DNA of 64,000 bases from the NCBI GenBank assembly GCA_965202805.1, contig OZ241869.1, forward strand, positions 2,048,001 through 2,112,000, given 5' to 3'. The DNA is from Longimicrobiales bacterium. Its GTDB lineage: Bacteria; Gemmatimonadota; Gemmatimonadetes; Longimicrobiales; Gaopeijiaceae. This document shows, one piece after another, positions 9,891-18,666 of this stretch. The notes beneath the pieces are model-generated. The model had not been told where the DNA came from. It did no database searches and worked only from the letters and a program-made list of their open reading frames with translations. The position numbers and the translations under genes are program-made. Numbering within the stretch: the stretch's first letter is position 1; every line of letters begins with the position of its first letter.

Positions 9891-11210
9891 TCAGCTCCAG
9901 GGAAAGGGCGAGTTGCTGACCGGGTGGAGCCGGCCTTCGGCATACCGGCTGTAGCGGAAGGGTTCGAGCAGCGCCTGGCGCTCTCCCGTCAGCTCCCTGG
10001 CCACGAGGGCCCCCACGCCGATCATCTTGTAGCCGTGGTTGGAGTCGGCGATGAAGTAGACGTTGTCGGCGAAGGTGTCGAACACGGGGAAGCTGTCGGG
10101 CGTAAAGCTGCCGATGCCGCCCGAGGGTTCCCGGCTCATCAGGTGGGCCTTGCCCTCGAAACGCTTCTGGCAGAAGGCGAGGGCCGCGGTCCATCGGCGG
10201 TAGAAGTCCTCTCCGACCACGAAGTCCGGGGACTTCGGCCCGTAGGGATCGACCGCCACCTCGCACGCGGGCTTGTCGATCCGGTCGGGCATGTAGCCGC
10301 CCTGCACCCCGCCGAAGCTGAAGTCCGGCTTGTAGTAGAGGCCCCAGGGACCCTCGGTCACCAGCCCGCGCTCGTCGGACAGCGGCTGGTCGGTGTCGAC
10401 GTGCACGACCGGCGGCATGTTGCCCCGGTTGTCGACCAGGTACCCGGGATCCACGCGCAGCGTCCCCTCCTGAAGGGCCCAGTACGTCCAGGTCGGCATG
10501 TCGTGCATCTCGCCCCCGGGACCGCGGACCGGAGTTACCGCAGGGAGGTCGAGCATGGCCCACTGCTGCCGCACCCAGGGGCCGGTGGCCACCACCACCT
10601 GCTCGCAGGCGATGGATCCCCGATCGGTGAGCACCGCCGTGACCGCGCCCGAGGCGTCGCGCTTGAAGCCCCTGTTGGCGAGCCCGGCCACGAGTTGGAC
10701 GCCCTCGGCTTCCGCCCTCGCCCGCAACCCCTCGAGCGAGGCCATGTTGTTGGCGTAGCCGCCCCGGTGCTCGTGCAGCACGCTCGTGATGCCCCGGGCC
10801 TGCCAGTCGTCGAAGATGCCGCGCATGTAGCTCCGGGATGCCGCGCTTCCCCCGACGAACGTCGAGCTGTAGCCGATGGCCCGCTGCTGCTCGTGGATCG
10901 AGGTCACGTCCTCGCGCATGGCTTCGTGGCTGATCTGGAGATACCCCACGGGGTGGTAGGAAAACCCGGCCGGGTCGCTTTCCCAGACGCTCACCGAGTG
11001 GGCCATCAGCTCGCGCATGGCCGGCTGGAAGTAGTTGTTGCGGATGACCCCGCAGGCGATCCCCGAGGCACCCGCGCCGACGTCCGCCTTGTCGATGATC
11101 AGGATGTCGCGCCCGTCCCCGCGCCCGGATGCCCTGAGCTCCAGGGCGAGGTGCCACGCCGTGGAAAGGCCGTGGATGCCGGCGCCGATGATGACGTAGC
11201 GCGCGTGCAT
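9891..11210 (-). CDS. FAD-dependent oxidoreductase (DAO/sarcosine oxidase beta family), resembling N-methylglutamate dehydrogenase subunit A
   Basis: Rossmann 'VIIGAGIHGLSTA', 'GASGIACGVIRNNYFQPAMRELM', 'ADSNHGYKMIGVG', C-terminal 'SNSPFPWS'. Confidence 0.8.
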   Translation of the reverse strand: MHARYVIIGAGIHGLSTAWHLALELRASGRGDGRDILIIDKADVGAGASGIACGVIRNNYFQPAMRELMAHSVSVWESDPAGFSYHPVGYLQISHEAMREDVTSIHEQQRAIGYSSTFVGGSAASRSYMRGIFDDWQARGITSVLHEHRGGYANNMASLEGLRARAEAEGVQLVAGLANRGFKRDASGAVTAVLTDRGSIACEQVVVATGPWVRQQWAMLDLPAVTPVRGPGGEMHDMPTWTYWALQEGTLRVDPGYLVDNRGNMPPVVHVDTDQPLSDERGLVTEGPWGLYYKPDFSFGGVQGGYMPDRIDKPACEVAVDPYGPKSPDFVVGEDFYRRWTAALAFCQKRFEGKAHLMSREPSGGIGSFTPDSFPVFDTFADNVYFIADSNHGYKMIGVGALVARELTGERQALLEPFRYSRYAEGRLHPVSNSPFPWS

Positions 11211-11217
11211 CGTCCCG

Positions 11218-12756
11218 TTACCAGAACACGACGTAGAGCCCCACCGTCAGGAGCACCACGACCGCGCCCGCCCACCTCGCCGACGGCGCAGGCGCGAGGT
11301 CGAGGGCATCGGACTGCGGCAGCGGCCGGGCCTCCTCCAGCGGGCGCACGCGCGACCCGACGACCATGGCCACGCTCGATAGCACGAACGCTCCGGCTGC
11401 GGCGTTCAGGTACGCCTGCGAGTCGAAGAATGCATCGAGGGCCAGCGTCAGCAGCCCGTACGCCACCGGCCCGATCAGGAGCGCCACGGTCGCCGCCCGC
11501 GGGGGGGCCCTGGGCAGGATCATCCCCATGAGAAAGACGGCGAGGATGCCCGGCCAGATGAAGTTCCAGACGCGCTGCATGTACTCGTAGATCCCCCCGA
11601 CGGACGCGAGCTGTGGCGCCAGCAGGCAGCCGATCACGACGAAGACGCCGGTCGCGATCCTGCCGATGCGGATCGCCCTGCGGGGCTCGAGTTCCTCCTT
11701 CACGACGTGGCGCGAGTAGATGTCCAGCGTGAAGATCGTGGACGCCGAGTTGAGCATGGAGTCGAGCGAGCTCATCACCGCCCCGAAGAGTGCCGCAAAC
11801 ATGACGCCGCGGAGGCCCGTGGGCAGCAGATCGGCCATGAGCGTGGGATAGGCCTGATCTCCGATCGCGATCCGGTCCGCGTAGAGTTGATAGGCCGCGA
11901 TCCCCGGCATCACGATCAGGAACGGGATCAACAGCTTGAGGAACGCCGCCAGGATCACGCCCTTCTGGCCCTCGGCCAGGCTCCTGGCGGCCAGCGCCCG
12001 CTGGGAGATGAACTGGTTCAGTCCCCAGTACGCGATGTTCGGGACCCAGATGCCCATGAGGTAGATCGTCCACGGGAGCGTGGGATGATCGGCCGGCAGC
12101 ATCAGGTGGAGCCTGTCCTCGTTGGCGGACAGGAACGCGCCGAATCCGCCCACGGCCTCCATGGCCAGGAAGAACAGCACCGCACCGCCCCCGAGCAGCG
12201 CGATACCCTGCAGCATGTCGGACCAGACCACCGCCTTGAGCCCGCCGTAGATCGTGTAGCCGCCCGCGAGCAGGCCGATGGCCCAGACCCCCGCCGTCAT
12301 GTCGAGCCCGAAGATGCTCGTCAGCGCCAGGCTTCCCGCGTAGAGGATGCCGGCCAGGCCGACCACGACGTAGACGGTCATCAGATACGCGGCCATGATG
12401 ACGCGCGGCGTCGGTCCGAATCGGAATTCGAGGTACTCGGGCAGCGTGTAGATGCCCGCCTGCAGGAACCTGGGCAGGAGCACGAGCGCCACGAAGACGA
12501 GCGCGATGGCCGCGATCCACTCGAAGGCGGCGATGGCCAGTCCGGTCTGAAACCCCTCGCCGGACATGCCGATGAAGTGTTCGGAGGAGATGTTGGAGGC
12601 GATCAGCGATATGCCGATGAGCCACCAGGGCAGGTTGCGGCCGGCCAGGAAGTAGTCGGCGGTGGTGTCCTCCCTGCGGCCCGCGTACAGGGACACGCCC
12701 ACCACGACGCCGAGGAAGACGAGGAACGCGGCGAGATCGATCCGGTCTAGCGCCAT
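11218..12756 (-). CDS. Sodium:solute symporter (SLC5/SSS, sugar-type)
   Basis: 'YFLAGRNLPWWLIGISLIASNISSEHFIGMSG', 'YWGLNQFISQRALAA', 'MSSLDSMLNSASTIFTLD'. Confidence 0.92.
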   Translation of the reverse strand: MALDRIDLAAFLVFLGVVVGVSLYAGRREDTTADYFLAGRNLPWWLIGISLIASNISSEHFIGMSGEGFQTGLAIAAFEWIAAIALVFVALVLLPRFLQAGIYTLPEYLEFRFGPTPRVIMAAYLMTVYVVVGLAGILYAGSLALTSIFGLDMTAGVWAIGLLAGGYTIYGGLKAVVWSDMLQGIALLGGGAVLFFLAMEAVGGFGAFLSANEDRLHLMLPADHPTLPWTIYLMGIWVPNIAYWGLNQFISQRALAARSLAEGQKGVILAAFLKLLIPFLIVMPGIAAYQLYADRIAIGDQAYPTLMADLLPTGLRGVMFAALFGAVMSSLDSMLNSASTIFTLDIYSRHVVKEELEPRRAIRIGRIATGVFVVIGCLLAPQLASVGGIYEYMQRVWNFIWPGILAVFLMGMILPRAPPRAATVALLIGPVAYGLLTLALDAFFDSQAYLNAAAGAFVLSSVAMVVGSRVRPLEEARPLPQSDALDLAPAPSARWAGAVVVLLTVGLYVVFW

Positions 12757-12815
12757 CCTTCAACGTACGTGAGTTGCTTACCGGCTGTCACCGGCGAACG
12801 GTGGGATAGGCATCC

Positions 12816-13166
12816 CTACCTGGGATCCAGGAGCTGGTCGCAGTGCATCCAGAGGACTCGCGAGTAGCGGAACAACAGCGGAACCAGCAGAGGAAGCATC
12901 ACCGCCATCGTCAGGATGGACTGATTCGCCGAGAAGCCCGCGAACGCCATCAGGACCACACCGAGCGGCGCGCACAGGGCCAGGCCCAACCCGTAGCTGA
13001 AGTACATGGCCCCGGTGAAGTAACCCGGCTCTCTCTCGTAGTGCAGCCCGCAGGAGGGGCAAAGGGGGTGCATCCTCCAGAGGCTCTCGAAGACCGCGCC
13101 GTCCAGACAGCGCGGGCACCGGAGTCGGACGATGGCCCGGAGGCGTCTCGGCAGCCCCTCTCTCAT
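12816..13166 (-). CDS. DUF983-like zinc-ribbon membrane protein
   Basis: 'CPRCLDGAVF', 'CPSCGLHYEREPGYFTGAMY', two TM helices, 'FRYSRVLW'; alternative start 13214 overlaps the upstream SDR stop (TGATG). Confidence 0.75.
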   Translation of the reverse strand: MREGLPRRLRAIVRLRCPRCLDGAVFESLWRMHPLCPSCGLHYEREPGYFTGAMYFSYGLGLALCAPLGVVLMAFAGFSANQSILTMAVMLPLLVPLLFRYSRVLWMHCDQLLDPR

Positions 13167-13213
13167 CGACGCGGCGCGCGACCGTTCGGGAGCCGGCCCG
13201 CGGCCGCGGGGCA

Positions 13214-14008
13214 TCAGGACCGACCCGAAGGCGGCGTGTACCTTCCGTCTATGGCGGTCCAGCCGCCGTCCGCGAAAAGGACCGACCCGGTGACGTAGCT
13301 GGCCGCGTCCGAGGCGAGGAAAACGGTCGGGCCGGCCATCTCGCGGGCGCTCGCCCAGCGGTTGAGGATGTTGCGCGCGGCATAGGCGCCGTACCAGTCC
13401 GGGCTGTCCTTGATCGGGCTCGTGAGCGGCGTGTCGATCACGCCGGGCGCGACCGCATTGACCCTCACCCCGCGGGGCCCGAGTTCGGCCGCGGCGACGC
13501 GCACCATCTGCACGATCCCCGCCTTGGTGGCGGCGTACATGCTCTGGCCCGGCTCGACCACCACGGACCGGATCGAGCTGAAGAGGATGATGGACCCCGA
13601 GCCCTGCGCGCTCATGATCCGTCCCGCGGACTGGATGACGTGCGCGCCACCCTTGAGGTTGAGTCCCAGAACGCGGTCGATCTCCTCGTCGGTGTAGTCG
13701 AGGAGGGGCTTGCGCACGTTCACTCCGGGGGTGCAGACGACGACGTCGAGTGAGCCGCGGGCGGTCGTGATGTCCTCGAACGCGCGCGTGACCGCCGGGC
13801 CGTCCATGATGTCCAGGGGGGCGGAGGCGGCCTCGCCCCCGGCGGCGCGGATGGTCGCCGCGGTGCGGGCGGCGGCGGCCGCGTCGATGTCGAGGCAGGA
13901 CACGTGCGCGCCCGCCTCCGCGCATCCGACCGCGACGGCCTCGCCGATGCCGGAGCCGCCTCCGACGACCGCGGCGGCACGTCCCTCCAGGCTGAACATC
14001 GTGGTCAC
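13214..14008 (-). CDS. SDR family oxidoreductase
   Basis: 'GGGSGIG', 'YAATK', 'VNAVAPG', 'YVTGSVLFADGG'. Confidence 0.92.
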   Translation of the reverse strand: MTTMFSLEGRAAAVVGGGSGIGEAVAVGCAEAGAHVSCLDIDAAAAARTAATIRAAGGEAASAPLDIMDGPAVTRAFEDITTARGSLDVVVCTPGVNVRKPLLDYTDEEIDRVLGLNLKGGAHVIQSAGRIMSAQGSGSIILFSSIRSVVVEPGQSMYAATKAGIVQMVRVAAAELGPRGVRVNAVAPGVIDTPLTSPIKDSPDWYGAYAARNILNRWASAREMAGPTVFLASDAASYVTGSVLFADGGWTAIDGRYTPPSGRS

Positions 14009-14114
14009 GGGAAGCCTCCGGCGGGGTTTCGTGTGGTGAAGGGGCGGCGCACAATGTAAGGATCACGCGCGCGGGGCAACCCGGCTCACGGGCATGACAT
14101 ACGCCCCGCACACC

Positions 14115-14163
14115 GCCTCCGCTACCTCCAGCCCCGGCCTCCGCTACCTCCAATCCCCGGCCT
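14115..14163. repeat. Tandem duplication of a 22-23 bp unit (GCCTCCGCTACCTCCA..CCCCG) between divergent genes
   Basis: gcctccgctacctccagccccg / gcctccgctacctccaatccccg / gcct read directly. Confidence 0.7.
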
Positions 14164-14174
14164 CGGAGACCCGC

Positions 14175-15464
14175 ATGCACCACGTAGACCCGCCAACGCG
14201 CATTCGCCGAGACGACCGCGTCCTCGCCGAAGTGGAGGCCGCGCGCGACGAAATCGTGGCCTTTACGGCCGAGATGATCCGGATCCCCACGGTGAATCCC
14301 CCGGGAGCGTGCTACCGCGAGTGCGCCGAACTGATCGGCCGGCGGTTGCGGGCGACAGGCCTGGCGGTGGAGCACGTGGAGGCCGGGGGGCGCCCCGAGC
14401 ACACCGCCGCATACCCCAGGGTGAACGTGGTCGGGCGGGGGGCGGCCGTTCCGGGGCTCCCGCGGCTCCACCTGAACGGCCACTTCGACGTGGTTCCGCC
14501 GGGGGACGGCTGGACGGTCGATCCCTTCGCGGGGGTGGTGCGCGACGGGCGCATCTACGGAAGGGGTGCGTCGGACATGAAGTCGGGGATCGCCGCCGCC
14601 GTCTTCGCGGTCGAGGCGCTGCGGCGGGCCGGAGTCGAGCTCGAGGGAGCCGTGGACATCAGCGCCACCGTCGACGAGGAGAGCGGCGGCTTCGCGGGCG
14701 TGGCGCACCTGTGCGAAACCGGGATCATCTCGAGCGACGATACCCGGTACGCAATCATCCCCGAGCCGTTCGGACCCGCCCGCGTGTGCCTGGGGCACAG
14801 GGGCGTCTACTGGTTCGATGTGGTCGCGCACGGCCACACCGCGCACGGCAGCATGAGCCATCTCGGGCACAGCGCCATCGACGACATGGGAGCCCTTCTG
14901 GAAGCCTTCCGAACCCGGCTCGCCCCCGAACTCGCGACGCGCATTTCCGCTCTGCCCATCGTGCCCGAGCCCTCCCGGCGCCCCTCCCTGAACGTCAACG
15001 CGATCACCGGCGGCCAGGCCGACGAAGGGACGCAGTCGCCCTGCGTGGCCGACCTCTGCGTGGCCACCATCGACCGCCGTTTCATCCCCGAGGAGTCACT
15101 CGACGGGGTCCGCGGCGAAATCGCGCGCCTGGTCAGGTCGGTGGAAGGCGACGACCCGGAACGTCGTTTCACCATCGAGGAGCGCATGGTGGTCCACCCG
15201 ACCGCCGCGCCGCCCGGGTCACCGCTCGTGGCCGCCCTGTCCCGCGCGGTGGAAAGGGTACGCGGCCGCCCTGCGGAACTCGTGGCCAGTCCCGGCACCT
15301 ACGACCAGAAGCATTTTGCCCGCATCGCCGGCATCGAGCACTGCGTGGCCTACGGTCCCGGGCCCCTCGAGGAGGCACACCAGCCGGACGAGTCCTGCGC
15401 GGTGGACGACCTCGTCGCGAGCACCCAGGTGCTGGCGCTGGCGGCGCTGGAGCTGGTGGGGTGA
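14175..15464 (+). CDS. M20 family ArgE/DapE-like deacylase
   Basis: 'HLNGHFDVVP', 'GRGASDMKSG', 'DEESGG', 'AHGS', 'AHQPDE'. Confidence 0.9.
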   Translation: MHHVDPPTRIRRDDRVLAEVEAARDEIVAFTAEMIRIPTVNPPGACYRECAELIGRRLRATGLAVEHVEAGGRPEHTAAYPRVNVVGRGAAVPGLPRLHLNGHFDVVPPGDGWTVDPFAGVVRDGRIYGRGASDMKSGIAAAVFAVEALRRAGVELEGAVDISATVDEESGGFAGVAHLCETGIISSDDTRYAIIPEPFGPARVCLGHRGVYWFDVVAHGHTAHGSMSHLGHSAIDDMGALLEAFRTRLAPELATRISALPIVPEPSRRPSLNVNAITGGQADEGTQSPCVADLCVATIDRRFIPEESLDGVRGEIARLVRSVEGDDPERRFTIEERMVVHPTAAPPGSPLVAALSRAVERVRGRPAELVASPGTYDQKHFARIAGIEHCVAYGPGPLEEAHQPDESCAVDDLVASTQVLALAALELVG

Positions 15465-15530
15465 ACCGAACACGTCGCGCGACAGCCTCGGGCACGCCGA
15501 GAAACCGGGTGAAGCCCTGACAGGTCTGCA

Positions 15531-15600
15531 TGGGACGCTTCAGCTGAAACGCGAAGGGGGCGAAACGGGCCACGGGCTGTCCCAGCCGCGCCACCGGAGC
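15531..15600 (-). repeat. Diverged ~70-bp copy of galK internal segment 16621-16690, just after the galK stop
   Basis: tgggacgcttcagctgaaacgcgaagggggcgaaacggg vs tgggacgtttcagctgaaacgcgaacggcgcgaaacggg; both encode RFAPFAFQLKRP. Confidence 0.85.
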
Positions 15601-15607
15601 TGCGAGG

Positions 15608-16891
15608 CTACACCTCCCGGACCCCTGCCCCTCCGCCGGGCTTCGCGACGAACAACATGTTGCGGGTCGGCGGCCGGCCCAGGCGTGGCTCGTAGAACCG
15701 CGTGGCGAGCGCCTCCATGACGGGCGCGATGGTGGTGACATCGCATAGCGCGACGGCGCAGCCACCGAAGCCGGCTCCGGTGAGGCGCGCTCCCGCCGCC
15801 CCCGCCCCGAGGGCCACCGATACGATTTCGTCGAGCTCACCTGTGCTCACCTCGTAGTCGTCGCGGAGGCTTTCGTGCGACCGCACCATGAGGTCGCCGA
15901 AGCGGTGCAGGTCACCGTCGCGCATGGCTTGCTCGGCCTGCGCCACCCGGCGGCCCTCCGTAACCACATGGCGGAAGCGCCGAAACAGCACGGGGGCGAG
16001 GGCACGGCGCGCGTGGCGGAGCAGGCCGTCCGGGTCGTCCGAGGCGACCAGGTCGCGGTAGGTTGGCTGTCCGAGTCCCTCCAGCGCCTCCCGGCACTGC
16101 CTCGCGCGTTCGTTATAGGCCTCGCGCGCGCCCGCGGACTTCTCGGCACGAACCAGCGACGACGCCACCACCCACCGCCACTCCTCCGGCACGGCCACCG
16201 GCGTCACGCGCAGCGGGTCGAACTCGATGCGGAGGGCGTGTCCCTCGACCCCGTGAAGGCATGCGGCCTGGTCCATCCCGCCTCCTTCGAGCCCGACGAA
16301 GCGCTCGGCGCGCGCCATCAGGGCCGCGAGTTCCAATCGGGAGAGCGCGGCCTGGATGCGAGTTGTCTCCCGGACACCCGTCCCGGGCAACGCTGCACCG
16401 CCACTCCCTGTCCGTTCCCCCACCTCGACCCCGTTCGCCCTCAGCAGCGCCAGCGCCGACGCCACCACCAGCGCCGACGACGATGAGAGCCCCGACGCGA
16501 TCGGGACATCGCCGGTGACCGTCCCCTCGATGCCTCGCTCCAGCAGCACCCCGTGCTCCAGCAGTCCCCGCGCCGCGGCCCGCACGTAGTTTGACCAGTC
16601 GCCCTGGTCCGCCGCCTCAATGGGACGTTTCAGCTGAAACGCGAACGGCGCGAAACGGGTCGACGGGCTGTCCAGCCGCACCACCGGATCGTCCACGACG
16701 CGGAAATCGACGCGCACCTCCCGGTCGATTGCGATGGGGAGGACCGGCAGGCCGTTGTAGTCGGTGTGCTCGCCGATCAGGTTGACGCGGCCGGGCGCGG
16801 TGACTCGCCAACGGGCTCGAGCCGGCCGCGCGCCCGCACCGGCCTCGCGCGTCGCCCCGGACGGCCCTCCTCCTCCAACGCCACCGCTCAA
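15608..16891 (-). CDS. galK: Galactokinase
   Basis: 'APGRVNLIGEHTDYN', 'PIASGLSSS', 'GGMDQ', 'SHESLRDDYEVS', 'GARLTGAGFGG'; TTG start overlapping the SSS stop assumed. Confidence 0.9.
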   Translation of the reverse strand: MSGGVGGGGPSGATREAGAGARPARARWRVTAPGRVNLIGEHTDYNGLPVLPIAIDREVRVDFRVVDDPVVRLDSPSTRFAPFAFQLKRPIEAADQGDWSNYVRAAARGLLEHGVLLERGIEGTVTGDVPIASGLSSSSALVVASALALLRANGVEVGERTGSGGAALPGTGVRETTRIQAALSRLELAALMARAERFVGLEGGGMDQAACLHGVEGHALRIEFDPLRVTPVAVPEEWRWVVASSLVRAEKSAGAREAYNERARQCREALEGLGQPTYRDLVASDDPDGLLRHARRALAPVLFRRFRHVVTEGRRVAQAEQAMRDGDLHRFGDLMVRSHESLRDDYEVSTGELDEIVSVALGAGAAGARLTGAGFGGCAVALCDVTTIAPVMEALATRFYEPRLGRPPTRNMLFVAKPGGGAGVREV

Positions 16892-18660
16892 TCCGAGTAG
16901 CCCAGCTTCGGCAACAGCCGGAAGAGCCAGACCCCCGCTCCTGCCGAGATCGCCAGCGCGACCACCGCCGCCAGGGCCTGCCCGTACAGCAGATACCCGG
17001 TCCCGAAGAGGGCCGCGTAGACCAGCACGCACCCGAGGAACCAGGCCAGGAAGGCAGCGGTGATCGATTCGGCGCCGCGCGGCCCGTCGCCCACGTCGAC
17101 GACCCGCCGCCATCCCCGGCCCATGGGCCGGATCCTGTCGTAGAAGCCCTGCAGCGTCTCGGAATCGGCGGGCGCCGTAAGGAAGGTCACCGAGAGCCAG
17201 CCGACCGTCGTTACCGCCACGCCGATCACGAGCTGCGTCCAAGCCGGGAGCGGCGCGAGTCCCAGCGCCCCGTGCACCCAGGCGAAATAGACCGCGACCA
17301 GGAACGAGATCGTCATGCCGGCCAGCTCGCTCCACACGTTCACGCGGTACCAGAACCAGCGCAGGAGGAAGATGAGCCCGGTTCCGGCCCCGATCTGGAG
17401 GAGGATCTGGAACCCCTGCCCCGCCGTGTCGAGCTGCAGCGCGATGAAGGCGCCGAGCACCATCAATCCCACCGTCGACAGCCGCCCCACGGCCACCAGC
17501 CGCCGCTGGCTCGCGTCCGGGTTCACGAAGCGGCGGTAGAAGTCGCTGACCACGTAGGACGATCCCCAGTTGAGCTGGGTGCTGATCGTCGACATGTACG
17601 CGGCCGCCAGCGAGGCGACCACCAGCCCGAGCAGCCCGGCGGGCAGGAACACCAGCATGGCCGGATAGGCCAGATCATTGCCCACCAGCCCGGGATCCAG
17701 CTCCGGGAAGCGGGCCTGGATGTCGGACAGCTCCGGGTATACGAGCATCGAGCACAGCGCCACGATGATCCACGGCCAGGGACGGAGCCCGTAGTGCGCG
17801 ATGTTGAACCACAGCGTGGCCTTCATCGACTCCTTCTCGTTCTTCGCCGCGAGCATGCGCTGGGCGACATAGCCCCCGCCCCCGGGCTCGGCGCCGGGAT
17901 ACCACGCGCTCCACCACTGCACCGCGATGGGGATGATGAAGATCCCCGCGGCGACGCTCCAGTCGGAGAAGTCCGGGAAGAAGTTCATCGCAGACTGCAG
18001 GTCGGGGTGCGAGACCAGCCCCGCGAGCCCGCCGACCTCCGGCTGGCGCAGCGCGAACACGGCGGCCGCGACCGAGCCGATCATGGCCACGACGAAGAGC
18101 ACGAGGTCGGTCACGACGACCCCCCAGAGCCCCGAAGTCGCGGAGTAGATCATGGTCACGGTGCCCGCGATCAGGACCGTGGTCAGGGGATCCAGCCCCA
18201 GGAGCACGCCGCCGATCTTGGTCGCCGCGAGCGTCACCGTCGCGATGATCATCACGTTGTAGAAGACGCCGAGATAGAGCGCCCGGAACCCCCGCAGAAA
18301 CGCTGCCGCTCGCCCGGAATAGCGCAGCTCGTAGAACTCGATGTCGGTCAGCGCGCCCGACCGCCGCCAGAGCCTCGCGTAGAAGAAGACCGTGCACATC
18401 CCGGTGATCAGGAAGGCCCACCAGGACCAGTTCTGCGCGACCCCGCCGCCGCGCACGAAGTCCGCGATCAGGTTGGGCGTGTCGGTCGAGAAGGTGGTTG
18501 CGACCATCGACGTGCCCAGCAGCCACCACGGCAGCTTCCGCCCCGACAGGAAGAACTCGTCCGCCCCGGACCCCGCGCGCCGGGCGAAGCGCAGGCCGAT
18601 GGCGAGGGCGGTGAGCCCGTACAGCGCGATGACGATCCAGTCGAGCGTGGTGAGTTGCAT
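16888..18660 (-). CDS. Sodium:solute symporter family protein
   Basis: 'FFLSGRKLPWWLLGTSMVATTFSTDTP', 'GAEPGGGGYVAQRMLAAK', 'AYMSTISTQLNWGSSY'. Confidence 0.92.
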   Translation of the reverse strand: MQLTTLDWIVIALYGLTALAIGLRFARRAGSGADEFFLSGRKLPWWLLGTSMVATTFSTDTPNLIADFVRGGGVAQNWSWWAFLITGMCTVFFYARLWRRSGALTDIEFYELRYSGRAAAFLRGFRALYLGVFYNVMIIATVTLAATKIGGVLLGLDPLTTVLIAGTVTMIYSATSGLWGVVVTDLVLFVVAMIGSVAAAVFALRQPEVGGLAGLVSHPDLQSAMNFFPDFSDWSVAAGIFIIPIAVQWWSAWYPGAEPGGGGYVAQRMLAAKNEKESMKATLWFNIAHYGLRPWPWIIVALCSMLVYPELSDIQARFPELDPGLVGNDLAYPAMLVFLPAGLLGLVVASLAAAYMSTISTQLNWGSSYVVSDFYRRFVNPDASQRRLVAVGRLSTVGLMVLGAFIALQLDTAGQGFQILLQIGAGTGLIFLLRWFWYRVNVWSELAGMTISFLVAVYFAWVHGALGLAPLPAWTQLVIGVAVTTVGWLSVTFLTAPADSETLQGFYDRIRPMGRGWRRVVDVGDGPRGAESITAAFLAWFLGCVLVYAALFGTGYLLYGQALAAVVALAISAGAGVWLFRLLPKLGYSD

Positions 18661-18666
18661 TCGGTG

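Noticed and set aside
15531..16690. Diversity-generating retroelement TR/VR pair
   Set aside because: No reverse transcriptase in the window; mismatches are not adenine-specific and include indels
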